DNA from: Octopus bimaculoides
Lineage: Eukaryota
Length of the DNA stretch: 64,000 bases
Assembly (NCBI RefSeq): GCF_001194135.2
Contig: NC_068986.1
Span: 79,828,046-79,892,045 of the forward strand
Reading direction: 5' to 3'
This document shows positions 38,886 through 51,553 of the stretch, piece by piece. Positions within the stretch are counted from its first letter, which is position 1. Each line of letters starts with the position of its first letter. Both the position numbers and the translations under genes were made by a program. The notes beneath the pieces were generated by a model. That model was not told the origin of the DNA and ran no database searches. It was given only the letters and a program-made list of their open reading frames with translations.

Positions 38886-39778
38886 CATGTGAATATATGT
38901 ATGCGTTGGAACGTGTGTGTGTGTGTACTTGTATGTATATATGTGTATATTTATAAATTAAAAGAAAATATGTATATATTCGTATATATGGGCATGTGTG
39001 TATACATATGCGCACCACATATACACACACATTCGTGCAGCCATAAACGTATTCGTGATGTTTATATAGATGTAAAACGCCAATATTTATTCATTTCGTA
39101 TACATCAACAGCTACGGTGTCTACACGATGTAGTTGAATTCGTTTCGTCCGTTTTGTGCATGAAAGGAAATACCAGACATCTGTACCTAGTTAACGATGC
39201 ATACCTGCTTCCGATATATTGCGAGTAAGGGAGCGAACTCCTACCCACTTCTAGCGACAGAACCAGCCTGGTTTCGGCTATTTCTTCCTCTCTTCAATAC
39301 TGGACACCTCATCAGCTTGAGAAGGCGGTAACTCGCCTCTATTCGAAATATGTATAAATTTAAGCGACACAAAGGTAAAGAAGCTAGTTCTAAAATCTAA
39401 GAGATGAACGCAGTGAAGTCCGTTCGAACGGAACAGCCATGTTGAAGTGGCTACGAACATTACTTGCTATTACAACTACTGTGTTCATCTCTTACAGATA
39501 TTCTAGAACTAGCTTTTTTGCTCATTTTAACATCAAAGACTGTGTATCAACGACTGTGATCCCGTCGTTAGAAGGTGGAAAGATTTCGCTCCCTTGCTCG
39601 CAATATTTCGGATGCAGGTATGCATTGTTAACCAGCTCGAGGAGATGTCTTCTTGGGGTTAAAAAATCGCAGTAAAGTCCGTTCGAACAGAACAGCCATG
39701 TTGAAGTAGCTACGAACATTACTGTGTGTGTGTGTGTATGTGTGTGTGTGTGTGTGTGTGTGTACGTATGTATGCATG

Positions 39779-39810
<32 letters not shown>

Positions 39811-39815
39811 GGTGT

Positions 39816-39851
<36 letters not shown>

Positions 39852-40899
39852 CCCATTAATATTGTTTGTTGTAGCTTTTGTGTATATTAGCCTATAAAAA
39901 TACAGATTTTAATGTATTAATACCAAAAAGTAATCTTTACCTCCAACTTGACTTGGAGATTGAGGTAGAACACAGAATACTGCGTTATTTACCCTGTGGA
40001 AATCTTACATAAAAAATCGTGGTGCATAAAGGCAATCGTACTTATATCGTTGATAGCAGAGAATCGTCTGCTTCGCTCGCTGGAACAGCAAGATTATGTG
40101 ACTTCAACCTGCAGATCCTGCGGCCGTAGCACATGATTCTCTTTCGTCAATGATATTATTGTGATTGCTTTAACGCACCACCAGTTCTCATGGGAGATCC
40201 TCTCAAGGTAAATTCATACATTGGTACGCACATGAATACACACATATAAACATCCATAGTTACATATGCACGTACATACGCACATGCTCACATACGTACG
40301 TATTTCCATAGATACACGATATTTCCATAGATCTTACTTTCTTTACCCGGTTTTTCGGAAAAAAGACTTTGGTAGAGCGCCGTCTTAAAGGTTTTAGTCG
40401 ATGCAACCGATTCCGGTACTATTTTTGCTCCTAAGTTTCGTTATCATATGAAACAGAAGACAAGTCGTTCAAGGGGTAAAAGAAGAAAATCCTGTCGAAA
40501 TTTAATACTTAAAATCAATTTTGCTTGTTGCACCAAGTTGTTCACTCTGTGCCATAATTATTCTACCTCACCAAAGCGAAGCCTATACATCGATATAAAG
40601 GTCCGATAAGACTGAAACACGCTCTAAGTTATCTCCCGCACTTGCTGAAAGTATTATTACCATTGATTTAATGTTATCTTTTCCCATCTTATAAGTATTT
40701 CTAATTAGTTATTTAACGCATGCTACATTAAATAGCTTAGCATTGGCTTAACTATCATTGAGACTTAAGTACCAATGTCAAGTTCACATAATAGTGCCGA
40801 GTAGTAAATATGAATTTTCATATTGTCTTCTGATAATCTGAAATCCTAAAACACGATTTTGTGCAACCTTTAGCAAATAATTAGCTACTGTCAATATTA

Positions 40900-41110
40900 C
40901 TTTCTAACTTTGGCACAAAACCAGCAGTTCTGAAGTAAAGTAGAATTTGATTACATCGACCCCCAACGCTCAACTGGTACTTATTTTATAAACTTAGAAA
41001 AGATAGAAGGTAAAGTTGATCTCAGTGGCATTTGAATTCAGAGCATAATGACAGAACTGCCGCTAAGCATTTTGTCCGGCGCAGTAACGACTCTACTAAC
41101 TCGCCATCTT
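40900..41110 (-). mobile_element. SINE family 1, degraded
   Basis: aactggtacttatttt...gcatttgaattcag...ccgctaagcattttgtcc...ctcgccatctt. Confidence 0.75.
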
Positions 41111-41489
41111 AGGCTAAGGTCAGTATTAAACCTAATCCTATTGACCTAATCTATTTTTTTTTTATCATTTACTTGTTTAAGTCATTAGACTGCCTTCATA
41201 CTGGGGCACCTCCTTGAAAAATTTTAGTCGAACGAATGGGCTCTAGTACTTTTTTTTCTTTAAAGTCTGGTACTTATTAAATCGATCTCTTTCGCCGAAT
41301 CGTAAAGCTACGGGGACGTAAAGACACCAACAACAGCTGTCAAGCGATGATGGGGGACAAATACAGACAGAAAGACATACTTTCATAAATTATTTTAGGT
41401 ATCACTTTAGCAAAGAGCAGACAGACATTTTCTCGAACTCCTTCATTTTTAACTCAGCAGCACATCTACAATGTGAGAGATGGGTGAAT

Positions 41490-42950
41490 AAATTTGACAG
41501 ATATAGCTCAGCCAAAGATTGGCCCAGGCAATGTCTAATTTAACAGAATACCTGATAAGATCTGTTAAATCATTTTTAAGTCAATGTTTGTGGTATCCTG
41601 GTCCATTCAAGTAGGGAGTTGTTGACAGATGTATCCAGGTATAGATAGCTCATTTAGTATCCCTTGAAAACATTTGTCCAGTGTTCATTTGAGGATGGTG
41701 GGTCCTTTCCTTCTTTGACTTGTTTTGAGATAATATTAAATAGAGCAGGGCCTGTTGAGGAAAAAACATTGTTTTACAGTGAGTTTATGAGTTATGATCC
41801 TGAATTGTGTAGGGAGCGTATGGCACGTAAGAATAAAGTTTTGATATTTTATGGCAATCTCAATGATCAAGATCAGTCTCTGGGGGTGACTCAATTTTCG
41901 TAATGTTTTATTTGGTGTTGAGAAGCCACAGTGAGCAGCAGTATTCTAGTTGTGGTTTACAAAGGAAAAGAGGAGAATGATGACATCTTGCTCTCTGGAC
42001 TGGAATGTTCTGAAGATCCGAGAGCTCATCCTGCGAACCACATCGACTTTATTGTTGATATGAGCACTCCAGCCAAAATTGTTATCAACAAATTATCCTA
42101 AATCTCTGATATTATCGGATGTTGTGGGTAGTTTCCTTGAACGAAGAGAATATGTTAGTGTCAGGGCATTTTTTTCCAAAGTGTCTAATTTCAAATTTTC
42201 CCTCATTTAACCACATGTTATTTTTGTCCGCCCATTGGGTTACAACATCTAGATAAGACCGCAGACTCCTTCGATAATATTCTGGAGCTTGAAGTCAACT
42301 GCGAATATTTTTATTTGCTGGTTTTGATGACGCTTGAGATGTCGTTTATATAGACTATGAAGAGAAGCGAGTCCAGAACAATTCCCTGAGGTAAACCACT
42401 GGTTACTTTTGCAAGGATTGAGTGGATTTCACCGATTGCAGCATGCTATGTTCTGTTCACCAGGAAATGCTTAATCTAGTAGTTTTGCCACCCATTCCAA
42501 TACTGTACAATTTTAACAGGGAGGTATTGCGACTGATTCTGTCAAATGCTTTGCTGAAGTCAAGACATATGACATCAGAGTTAGAAAACTGATCTCAAAC
42601 CTTTAAGAACATCATCGATGTGATGTAAAACCTGTGTTAAGCAGTCCCTGCTACAGTGAAAATCCCATTGGCCGGGATTTAGAAGGTTGTGAATCGCCAG
42701 GAAGACAGTTATCCTTGATCTTACACCCTTTCAAACACTTTCATGGTATGGAAGGTGAGTGAGATCGGGCGATATTTAACTGAAGGAGATCTGTTTCCAT
42801 TTTTGAAGACCGGGATAGAAGATTGGGAAAAGAGATGTTTCGCTATATAGCCTGAATCTAAAGAATTTCTCCAGATGTTGGTTAAGATACCAACTTGCAA
42901 CTCTTGTATTTTATAAAGAGATGTACCAGGATCCAGCTGATATTCATTTA
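41490..42950 (-). mobile_element. CR1-group LINE reverse transcriptase remnant
   Basis: WRNSLDSG, IPVFKNGNRS..VKYRPISLT..MKVFER, CLTQVLHHIDDVL, DVICLDFSKAFD, PQGIVL..LLFIVYINDIS and QWADKNNM. Confidence 0.92.
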
Positions 42951-45634
42951 CAACTGACGCGACTGAAGCAACATGAAACGAAGTGACTTGTTCAAGGACA
43001 CAACGCGTACCTCAATCCAGGAGTTGAAATCTTCACCCCAACCGCGAGGTCACTCACCTTCACACAAACTAAGTTCGGAATGCTGAAATGACGTTCCAAA
43101 TTAACTAAGAGTTGACTGATGAAGTGAAAATCAGTTGACGAAAATGTGGCTAAGTTTCTTTAAATAAAGTCTCGTAATTCAAACACTTCAATGTTGGGAT
43201 CCTCCATCGCATTTAAGTAACAATGCTATTGAAGTAGCATTTCTAAGTTTCTTTTATCGGAGACTGTATTCATGAATGAAATTTAGTGTCATTTATAATA
43301 TTAGACAATACAATATAATTGTCACTTTTCTACGTGACGTTACCTCAGCACAGATGACATTTCACTTATAGGCAGACAGATCCCTGTGTCGCTGCATACA
43401 AAAATCATTAAATATGGATATCGTTGTGCAAACCAAATATCTATTTTCTTTTTGTAATTTATGTTGTTATTATGAATAAATAGCTTCGTTCTTTACAGAT
43501 TTCCAAAAGCCACCATTTCATTTGTATTTCTGATAGAGAGATTGACAAGTATTCTCTATCTCGGTATACAATAAATATCCTTTCTGCTATAGGCACGGAA
43601 CCTGTCGGCATTGAATAAATGTGACGAGAGACTTCTTCGGAAAGTACCGTGGTTTTCGTTTACTTATCGATGTTGACATATAAACATAACGCCTAAGCAT
43701 ACACACCCACACACATACATATATATACTGGAAAGAAAAGTGATTAAAGAATCCAGGTTAAGCACCCTGGGATCGATTAAATATGCATAACTGATGCATT
43801 GATGCATTGATGCATTTTGAGATGTGCCATTCTATTTGAAACGTAAATATCAAATCATGGATGAATCTTCATTCTTTTGTGCTTTTCTTTATATGAATAT
43901 AAATAGGGAACCAACTGTACTGGTAAATATTGACATCAAGACGACAATATATACGCTATTCACTAAATGCGAATGTCATTATACAGTTTACTTATCGTAG
44001 CCAGACGTCGCTGCACACATGGTTCACTGAATACAGATATGAGTTTTAGTTTTATTTTATTTCCATCCTGTAGTTCTTCTCATTAAGAAAAGTGTGCAAT
44101 CCCCTTCGTTCGAATATCCTCCATTATTCATGAAAGAGGAGTTATATGTCGTTACGTTCTCACATGAGAACGTAACTAATTCAAGGAGAAAGAAAAGAGA
44201 CAGACAGAGGTAGAATACTAGATGCAAATGCTTCACTGATTATTTATTGTCCCCAAAAGGGTAAAAAACGATTTAATTTCAGCGAGACCTGAAATCAGAG
44301 CAAAAAAGCTGCTACAAATACCACAAGGCATTTTATTCAATGCTCAAATGAGACTGTCTGCTTGTCACCATGTTATTATTATAGACGGTGATAGATAAAT
44401 ACAGGTAGCATTGCAATGCAATTACTGTTCATTGAATGTAGATATTACACTATATATTCAGCAATATATAAAAATGTTAGTTCATTATTCCTACACGAAG
44501 ACATATACGGATAATGACCCACAATAGAGTGATACTTACACACAAAGTCTAATATATACAGTAACTTCTAGTTTTATCACACACACATACAAATAAACAC
44601 AAGCAAATTGTTAGGAATTTAGGAAATGACATTTGAACATGGCGATTGCTGAAGCAATGACATCTAGATAGTAACATATAAACTTTTACACTTGTTTCCA
44701 AAAATTTACGCTGATGACTGTATTAAATGATTGCCATATCAATTATACTATCAAATCACTTTTATGTAAATATTTGGATCATGTGACATCATAATTACTG
44801 GTATCTCTCTTAATGACCCGGGCAGAAGCTAATAATTGTGTTGTCTCATGATCCAGAAGTCCAGATTTATCATGAATCAGCATGAGAAGTAACATTCGTA
44901 TTACTGCTCGGTATATAGAGTAACATTGTATCGTAACGTTACTCAAAATTCGTCCAAGGGTACAAGTGGTTGTGAACACATGCCATTAATAAGGACCAAC
45001 GCGGTCGAAATGCACCTGGCGTCCTCGCTAGCCGCTCCTGAGTCGCTTTTCATCTTCTTCCGATTTATACTGTGCTTTAAAAGCAGCATATCCATAAGAG
45101 ATGTTATCTCCAACCAAAAACCGCAGTAAATTTTCTTTTCGACGCATTTACATTAATTATGACACATGGATGGTCACACACATAAACACGTATATATATA
45201 TANNNNNNNNNNNNNNNNNNNNNNNNNNNNNNNNNNNNNNNNNNNNNNNNNNNNNNNNNNNNNNNNNNNNNNNNNNNNNNNNNNNNNNNNNNNNNNNNNN
45301 NNNNNNNNNNNNNNNNNNNNNNNNNNNNNNNNNNNNNNNNNNNNNNNNNNNNNNNNNNNNNNNNNNNNNNNNNNNNNNNNNNNNNNNNNNNNNNNNNNNN
45401 NNNNNNNNNNNNNNNNNNNNNNNNNNNNNNNNNNNNNNNNNNNNNNNNNNNNNNNNNNNNNNNNNNNNNNNNNNNNNNNNNNNNNNNNNNNNNNNNNNNN
45501 NNNNNNNNNNNNNNNNNNNNNNNNNNNNNNNNNNNNNNNNNNNNNNNNNNNNNNNNNNNNNNNNNNNNNNNNNNNNNNNNNNNNNNNNNNNNNNNNNNNN
45601 NNNNNNNNNNNNNNNNNNNNNNNNNNNNNNNNNN

Positions 45635-45665
<31 letters not shown>

Positions 45666-46883
45666 CAGATAAAGAAAAAGCTGGTAGTCACATCGGAGTT
45701 TTGGTGACATAGCTGTAACTTAGAAGCAACTCTCGGTCTTTTCCTTGTAAAATTCAAATAAATATGTCACTCATCTGAAAGGTATTAAATGACCCTTCAG
45801 CTTAATGTTCGATTTATTTTATTTATAACTATGTTTACAATGTATACTATAAGATGTATGTTGGGGATTTTGAGGGAGGCAGAGAATGATAGAAAGAAAT
45901 GAAGAAATAAATAGTATTCAAACACAAATTAAGGCTGGCTTAGCATTTTTATTCAATTTAAATGTATTTTGCCAACAACAAGAACAGCAACAACAAGGGC
46001 ATCAAAGTTTTCAATAATATCTAAATCATATTAAGTTGCATATTAGTGCTTTTCTTTTTGTTCGATGTCGTTTCGTTTCGTTTCGTTTCGTTTCTTTTCG
46101 ATGTCCTTATATTGAAAATCAAATTCAAAGGAAAAACTCAGTAGCCATCGCTCGTTAAGGGCGAGTCTCTCTGATCATAATCTGATATTCATTTTTTATT
46201 TTGTTTTTGTTTGTTTTTGTTTTATTTATTTGTAAAAAGTTTTTAACATGTTCTATCCTTGAATGAATCGATTTATTTATTCGTGTAATTAAAATGCATC
46301 GATTTATTTCATTAGGCTAGCAACTGTTACTGTTTCCAAAAACAGAATAAAACGAAGGTAAAGATAAAAATGTACATGACTACAAAGTTAGGGATCAGAA
46401 AAAAAATAGAGTAAACATCTATTTATAAGAATGATACCTTCCTAATATCTCTCGTGGGCCTGCAGAATGCTTTATATGCATATATACGTTGTATTTGGTT
46501 GTGTGTGCTTGTTATAAACCACGCAGCGGCTTGTCCTCTACGTATGCAAAACATGTAATGCACGACTAGGATATAAAAATGCAAATAACAAATCCGATTT
46601 TAAAAAACCTTCCATTGTTTTTTTTTATGGAAGACAGTCTGAAAGGCGGTACATAATGCTATATGTAACCTATTTCGGTTATATGGCTTTGATTTTTAAA
46701 TACCAGGGATCGCCACTGATGCAGGGCCCATTTACGTGTATAAAATAAGTAACAAAAGGCAAAGTTGAAAACCTCTGGACAATGATGGAAGGACGGGAGG
46801 CAGGAAGAAGGGAAAAGTTAGAGGAAGAAAGTAGAGAAAGAGAGAGAAAAGTTTGTAAGTCGAACGGCATCACAAATCACTAC

Positions 46884-47105
46884 CAGGTAAGTCACGTGGT
46901 GCAGTTGAAACAAATGGAGTCGGAGCAAACATCGGCTTTTGCCGGTAACTGTGCGTCTGACTTCTGTGATCTACGTCCGAACAGTAACCTAATTGGTCAG
47001 AAGACGAACGGATGTGTTGCACTTTGCCTCTGCTGGGTTTCGGTGCTACCGGTGGTGGCGGTGCTTTCTTCCCTGCTTGCGGTGGAATCTGCGGTACAAC
47101 TGGCG
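46884..47105 (-). CDS. Candidate proline-rich coding exon (xPVVPQIPPQAGKKAPPPPVAPKPSRGKVQHIRSSSDQLGYCSDVDHRSQTHSYRQKPMFAPTPFVSTAPRDLP), unidentified gene
   Basis: Very strong acceptor tttttatttttattttccag|CG in a GC-rich island within AT-rich DNA. 222 nt, phase 1 to 1 if the weak donor CTG|gtagtg is used; otherwise terminal with TGA at 46870. Confidence 0.65.
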
Positions 47106-47847
47106 CTGGAAAATAAAAATAAAAAACATAAATAAGAAATGAAATCAGAAAATATGGATAATAATTTGTTTCCAACATTGGCACAAGGTCACGAATTCGC
47201 GAAGAAGGATGGATAGTTGTCGATCTTTTCAACGACCAGTACTTGAACTCTCGAAGAGATTAAAAGAAAAAGAAATTGACAAGGACAGGAATTGAATTTC
47301 TCAAATTTGATACAAAGCTACACAGTTTGAGATCGTGAGTATTATAGTCTATATCAACCACAGTATTTCATTTCGTCAACCTCATAACAACGAAAGCAAA
47401 AAACAAAAATTGACTGATGTGGGCGAAATTTGAACTCAGAACATAAAGAAAGATAACGAGATAATTCAAATAACGTTATCCGGAGCTCCACCTGTTCTAA
47501 CATCTGATTGGATACGCTGATAAATTCTAATTGCTTATTAGTTAATTACTAATCATTACATTATTTACTTTTTGTAATGTTATTTTTCATTCTGACATGT
47601 TGCCAACAATTACTAATTTAATTATGTCTTTGTCTATTTTGTTCCTTATATTTGCTGTTAATTAGCACACTTCGGAAACCAGTTTAGTGCTCTACTTAAT
47701 CTATTTATTTTGGGCTATCGGGAATGGGAAGGGGAAGGTCTTGGACATTTAGTAAGTAAACAGCAATTACCTCATTAATGAAAATAAAAATATATATTGG
47801 AAATTAGCCACCTGAGTTTCGTACAGAAATGTATACATGTATACAAA

Positions 47848-47888
<41 letters not shown>

Positions 47889-48436
47889 NNNNNNNNNNNN
47901 NNNNNNNNNNNNNNNNNNNNNNNNNNNNNNNNNNNNNNNNNNNNNNNNNNNNNNNNNNNNNNNNNNNNNNNNNNNNNNNNNNNNNNNNNNNNNNNNNNNN
48001 NNNNNNNNNNNNNNNNNNNNNNNNNNNNNNNNNNNNNNNNNNNNNNNNNNNNNNNNNNNNNNNNNNNNNNNNNNNNNNNNNNNNNNNNNNNNNNNNNNNN
48101 NNNNNNNNNNNNNNNNNNNNNNNNNNNNNNNNNNNNNNNNNNNNNNNNNNNNNNNNNNNNNNNNNNNNNNNNNNNNNNNNNNNNNNNNNNNNNNNNNNNN
48201 NNNNNNNNNNNNNNNNNNNNNNNNNNNNNNNNNNNNNNNNNNNNNNNNNNNNNNNNNNNNNNNNNNNNNNNNNNNNNNNNNNNNNNNNNNNNNNNNNNNN
48301 NNNNNNNNNNNNNNNNNNNNNNNNNNNNNNNNNNNNNNNNNNNNNNNNNNNNNNNNNNNNNNNNNNNNNNNNNNNNNNNNNNNNNNNNNNNNNNNNNNNN
48401 NNNNNNNNNNNNNNNNNNNNNNNNNNNNNNNNNNNN

Positions 48437-48475
<39 letters not shown>

Positions 48476-48479
48476 GAGA

Positions 48480-48660
48480 GAATATACGAAAAAACAACAA
48501 CAGACGAGGACAGGTGGTGTAAATAACAAAAGGATGTATTAGTATGACGCTCGGGAATACGGAAAGTCTTTGACGTTTCGAGCTACGCTCTTCAACAGAA
48601 AGAATACGGAGACAAGGAGAAAAACACGGAGAAAAAAAATTGAATAGTGTCCAGTCAACG
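48480..48660 (-). mobile_element. Penelope-type pLTR-like short repeat (family B)
   Basis: HHR-like motif followed by ...cccgagcgtcatactaatacatcc...tttacaccacctgtc; a truncated relative lies at about 36705-36770. Confidence 0.6.
48567..48603 (-). ncRNA. Minimal hammerhead-like motif with non-canonical core (A6U)
   Basis: TCTTT-CTGTTGA-A-GAGC gta GCTC-GAAA-CG-TC-AAAGA: perfect 5-bp stem I, 4-bp stem II, ACGT palindrome, GUC triplet. Confidence 0.6.
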
Positions 48661-49014
48661 GTCAATCATAATAATGGCTGATCATAACAATGGCTGACCG
48701 GAAGTTAGAAATTCTTTTTGGTTCATACGCTTCGTCTATCTCAAACAGAGATTTTCTAACGGAATAGATATTTTCTTTTGATACAGTTTTAGACGAGGAA
48801 TTCTCATCTGCTGTGCTGGCAGCTGATCTCTACAACATTGCATGATATTAGTTCTTTGTCACCAGAGAACAATATCAAGACTACCGTGTTTGCATCGGAT
48901 TGTTGTTTCTCACCAACACAGAAAGAGTCGTTTTAATTCAGAGACATTGATCTTTCGTTGGAAATTTCAGAACAACAACGAGGTAGCTGTGCTGTATGCA
49001 TATTTGTAAATATA

Positions 49015-49230
49015 TATTGGTTCCAAATTTTGGCACAAGGCCAGAAATTTCGGGAGAGGGATAACTTGATTGCATCAACGGCAGTGCATAGCTGGTACTT
49101 ATTTAATCGACCTCGAAATGATAAAAGGTAGAGTCGACCTAGTCAGAATTTGAACTGGAACGTAAAAACGGTCGAAATGCCACTGAGCATTTTGCCCGGC
49201 TTGCTACCGATTGTTCCAGCTCACCGCCTT
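49015..49230 (-). mobile_element. SINE family 1, degraded
   Basis: ggcacaaggccagaaattt...ctggtacttatttaatcgac...gtcgacct...atttgaact. Confidence 0.8.
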
Positions 49231-49600
49231 AAGTGTATATATATACTGATGTATGAATGTATATATGTATGTATATATGTATGTATATATGCATGTATGT
49301 ATGCGCTACCATGTGCATGTGAATGTAAGCATGCTTATGAGTACTTGTGGGGAACCGTATGTTTTGAGATATATACCTGTATGCATACATCTGTTAGCAT
49401 CTCTGCATGTGGGCTTATGTACTTATTACATACTAAACTTTTGGAATGTTTTGCATATATTTTCACTGTGACATTAGAGGCTTGCAGCTGTAATTTTCTA
49501 ATTAGCCGAGTCAGGTTTGGTGTGGTAAAGCTAACATTCTCATGACTGATGCAGAAACAGTTAGGTACATGCCCCATTGTCCTAATAATTACTAGATACG

Positions 49601-49656
<56 letters not shown>

Positions 49657-49657
49657 G

Positions 49658-49700
<43 letters not shown>

Positions 49701-49718
49701 TAGATAGGTAAGTAGACG

Positions 49719-49838
<120 letters not shown>

Positions 49839-51273
49839 TGTACGTGCGTATGTATGTTTGTATGTATGTTTCTCTTTGAAAATTTTAAAAATTCTTCGCA
49901 GACTTCAAGCTGCTAATTAGAAAGACTTGATTCTTTCTCTGAGCCAAGACAAATTCCAAAGATTATGAATATGTGACAGTAATTTAGTGTTTACATACGT
50001 ATAAGTGTGTGGATAAATATGCTTGCATTCAGATAATAGCTATGTATGTTTCTTTAGTATACGAGTGTGTATAATTACTCTTTAGAAATGCCCGGGTAGC
50101 ATGTACACAAAATAATTGTCGTAGAATAGTGTTTTAGAAATAACACAGATTTCATCAAAGATTAATGTTAGAATCTGAAGAGCTAGACGAAGTGGCACAT
50201 TGTGTCATGTTTCATCTCTTTACGTCCTGATTTCGTGTCTGTGTGTCATCGGTCATTTCAGTGCACACAAGCCTCATAACTTCTACTAATCTGTGGGCGT
50301 ATACCAAAGTCAACAAATGCTATTAAACGATACAATTAATATTGTTGTATCTTGAGAGAGTCATTATGCCAATAATGATAAAGATTTGTTTCAACACACT
50401 AGTTCAAGTCAAGAATCCTGTAAATCAAATACGAAAATAAAGATACAATTAATAAATATACATAAATTTTAAAAAGTAAATTAATACAGATATATAAATA
50501 TACAATAAATATACATATAATTTANNNNNNNNNNNNNNNNNNNNNNNNNNNNNNNNNNNNNNNNNNNNNNNNNNNNNNNNNNNNNNNNNNNNNNNNNNNN
50601 NNNNNNNNNNNNNNNNNNNNNNNNNNNNNNNNNNNNNNNNNNNNNNNNNNNNNNNNNNNNNNNNNNNNNNNNNNTGTATATATATATATACATTAGAGGA
50701 AAATGACATCAAAAACCAAAGCAGGATGAGTATCTCAGGCCATTTATAATAATTTAATTAGGGTAAGGTTAATTTGAAGTCTTACAGCTATTTCTGGGAT
50801 ATTCCAAGTGATAGGCTCGCATGTCCGTACACTGGGTATTCCGTCATCAGAGACGAAGTATGTTTGAAAGTTCTCGACAGGGAAATTTAGTTTATAAGGA
50901 ATAGAATAGAAGAATAAGGAGTAAATTAAATGTAAGATTACATATAGGATAATAAAAGTTCACAGTTCATCTTTTCCCAGTCTGTTTTCATATATCTACT
51001 TTTATTCTTTATTCATCTATTTTATTCCTTATAAACTGTAAATTTCCCTGTCTAGAGCTTTCATACATACTCATTTTTTTTCTGATGACTGAATACCTAG
51101 CGTACGGACATGCTAGCCTATCACTTAGGATATCCCAGAAATACCTGTAAGACTTCAAATTAACCTTACCCTAATTAAATTATTATAAATGATACAGTTC
51201 GATATTTAAGAGATGAGGTATTATGTACATTATTTATACTTCACGGATATTTGTCCTCATCTTGTTTGTTGTT

Positions 51274-51319
51274 AACACAACGTTTCGGCTGATATATTCT
51301 CCAGCCTTCATTAGGTGTC
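51274..51319 (-). ncRNA. Hammerhead motif family A with G5A core mutation (probably inactive)
   Basis: GACAC-CTAATGA-A-GGCTG gagaatatat CAGCC-GAAA-CG-TT-GTGTT. Confidence 0.7.
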
Positions 51320-51366
51320 TTGGAGAAATTTCGAACCTGAGTTCTCATTCCTCAGGTATTTTTCTA

Positions 51367-51434
<68 letters not shown>

Positions 51435-51507
51435 TCACTGCCAGAAATCGAACTCGGAATCTTGGGGTTAATAGCCCGCACTTTAACCACTACGCCATAT
51501 GCTCATG

Positions 51508-51553
51508 GGCACCTGATGAAGGCTGGAGGGTAAATCAGCTGAAACGTTGTGTG
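51508..51553 (+). ncRNA. Hammerhead motif family A with intact core, in the inverted arm
   Basis: GGCAC-CTGATGA-A-GGCTG gagggtaaat CAGCT-GAAA-CG-TT-GTGTG; AACGTT palindrome; predicted cut 3' of 51548 (NUU triplet). Confidence 0.8.

Noticed and set aside
39255-39320. CTGATGAG...CCGAAAC as a hammerhead
   Set aside because: Stems I and II do not pair convincingly.
46782-47135. Plus-strand ORF and plus-strand donor cag|gtaagt at 46886
   Set aside because: The ORF is the antisense shadow of the better-supported minus-strand exon plus a purine tract; no plus-strand acceptor was found.
48700-48830. Protein-like minus-strand frame RSAASTADENSS...RKSLFEIDEAYEPKRISNF
   Set aside because: Weak acceptor and donor, and its phase does not match the 47105 exon; not reportable as a CDS.
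50825-50852. CTGATGA on the minus strand (and at about 51082 on the plus strand) as a further hammerhead
   Set aside because: No stem II followed by GAAA could be found.
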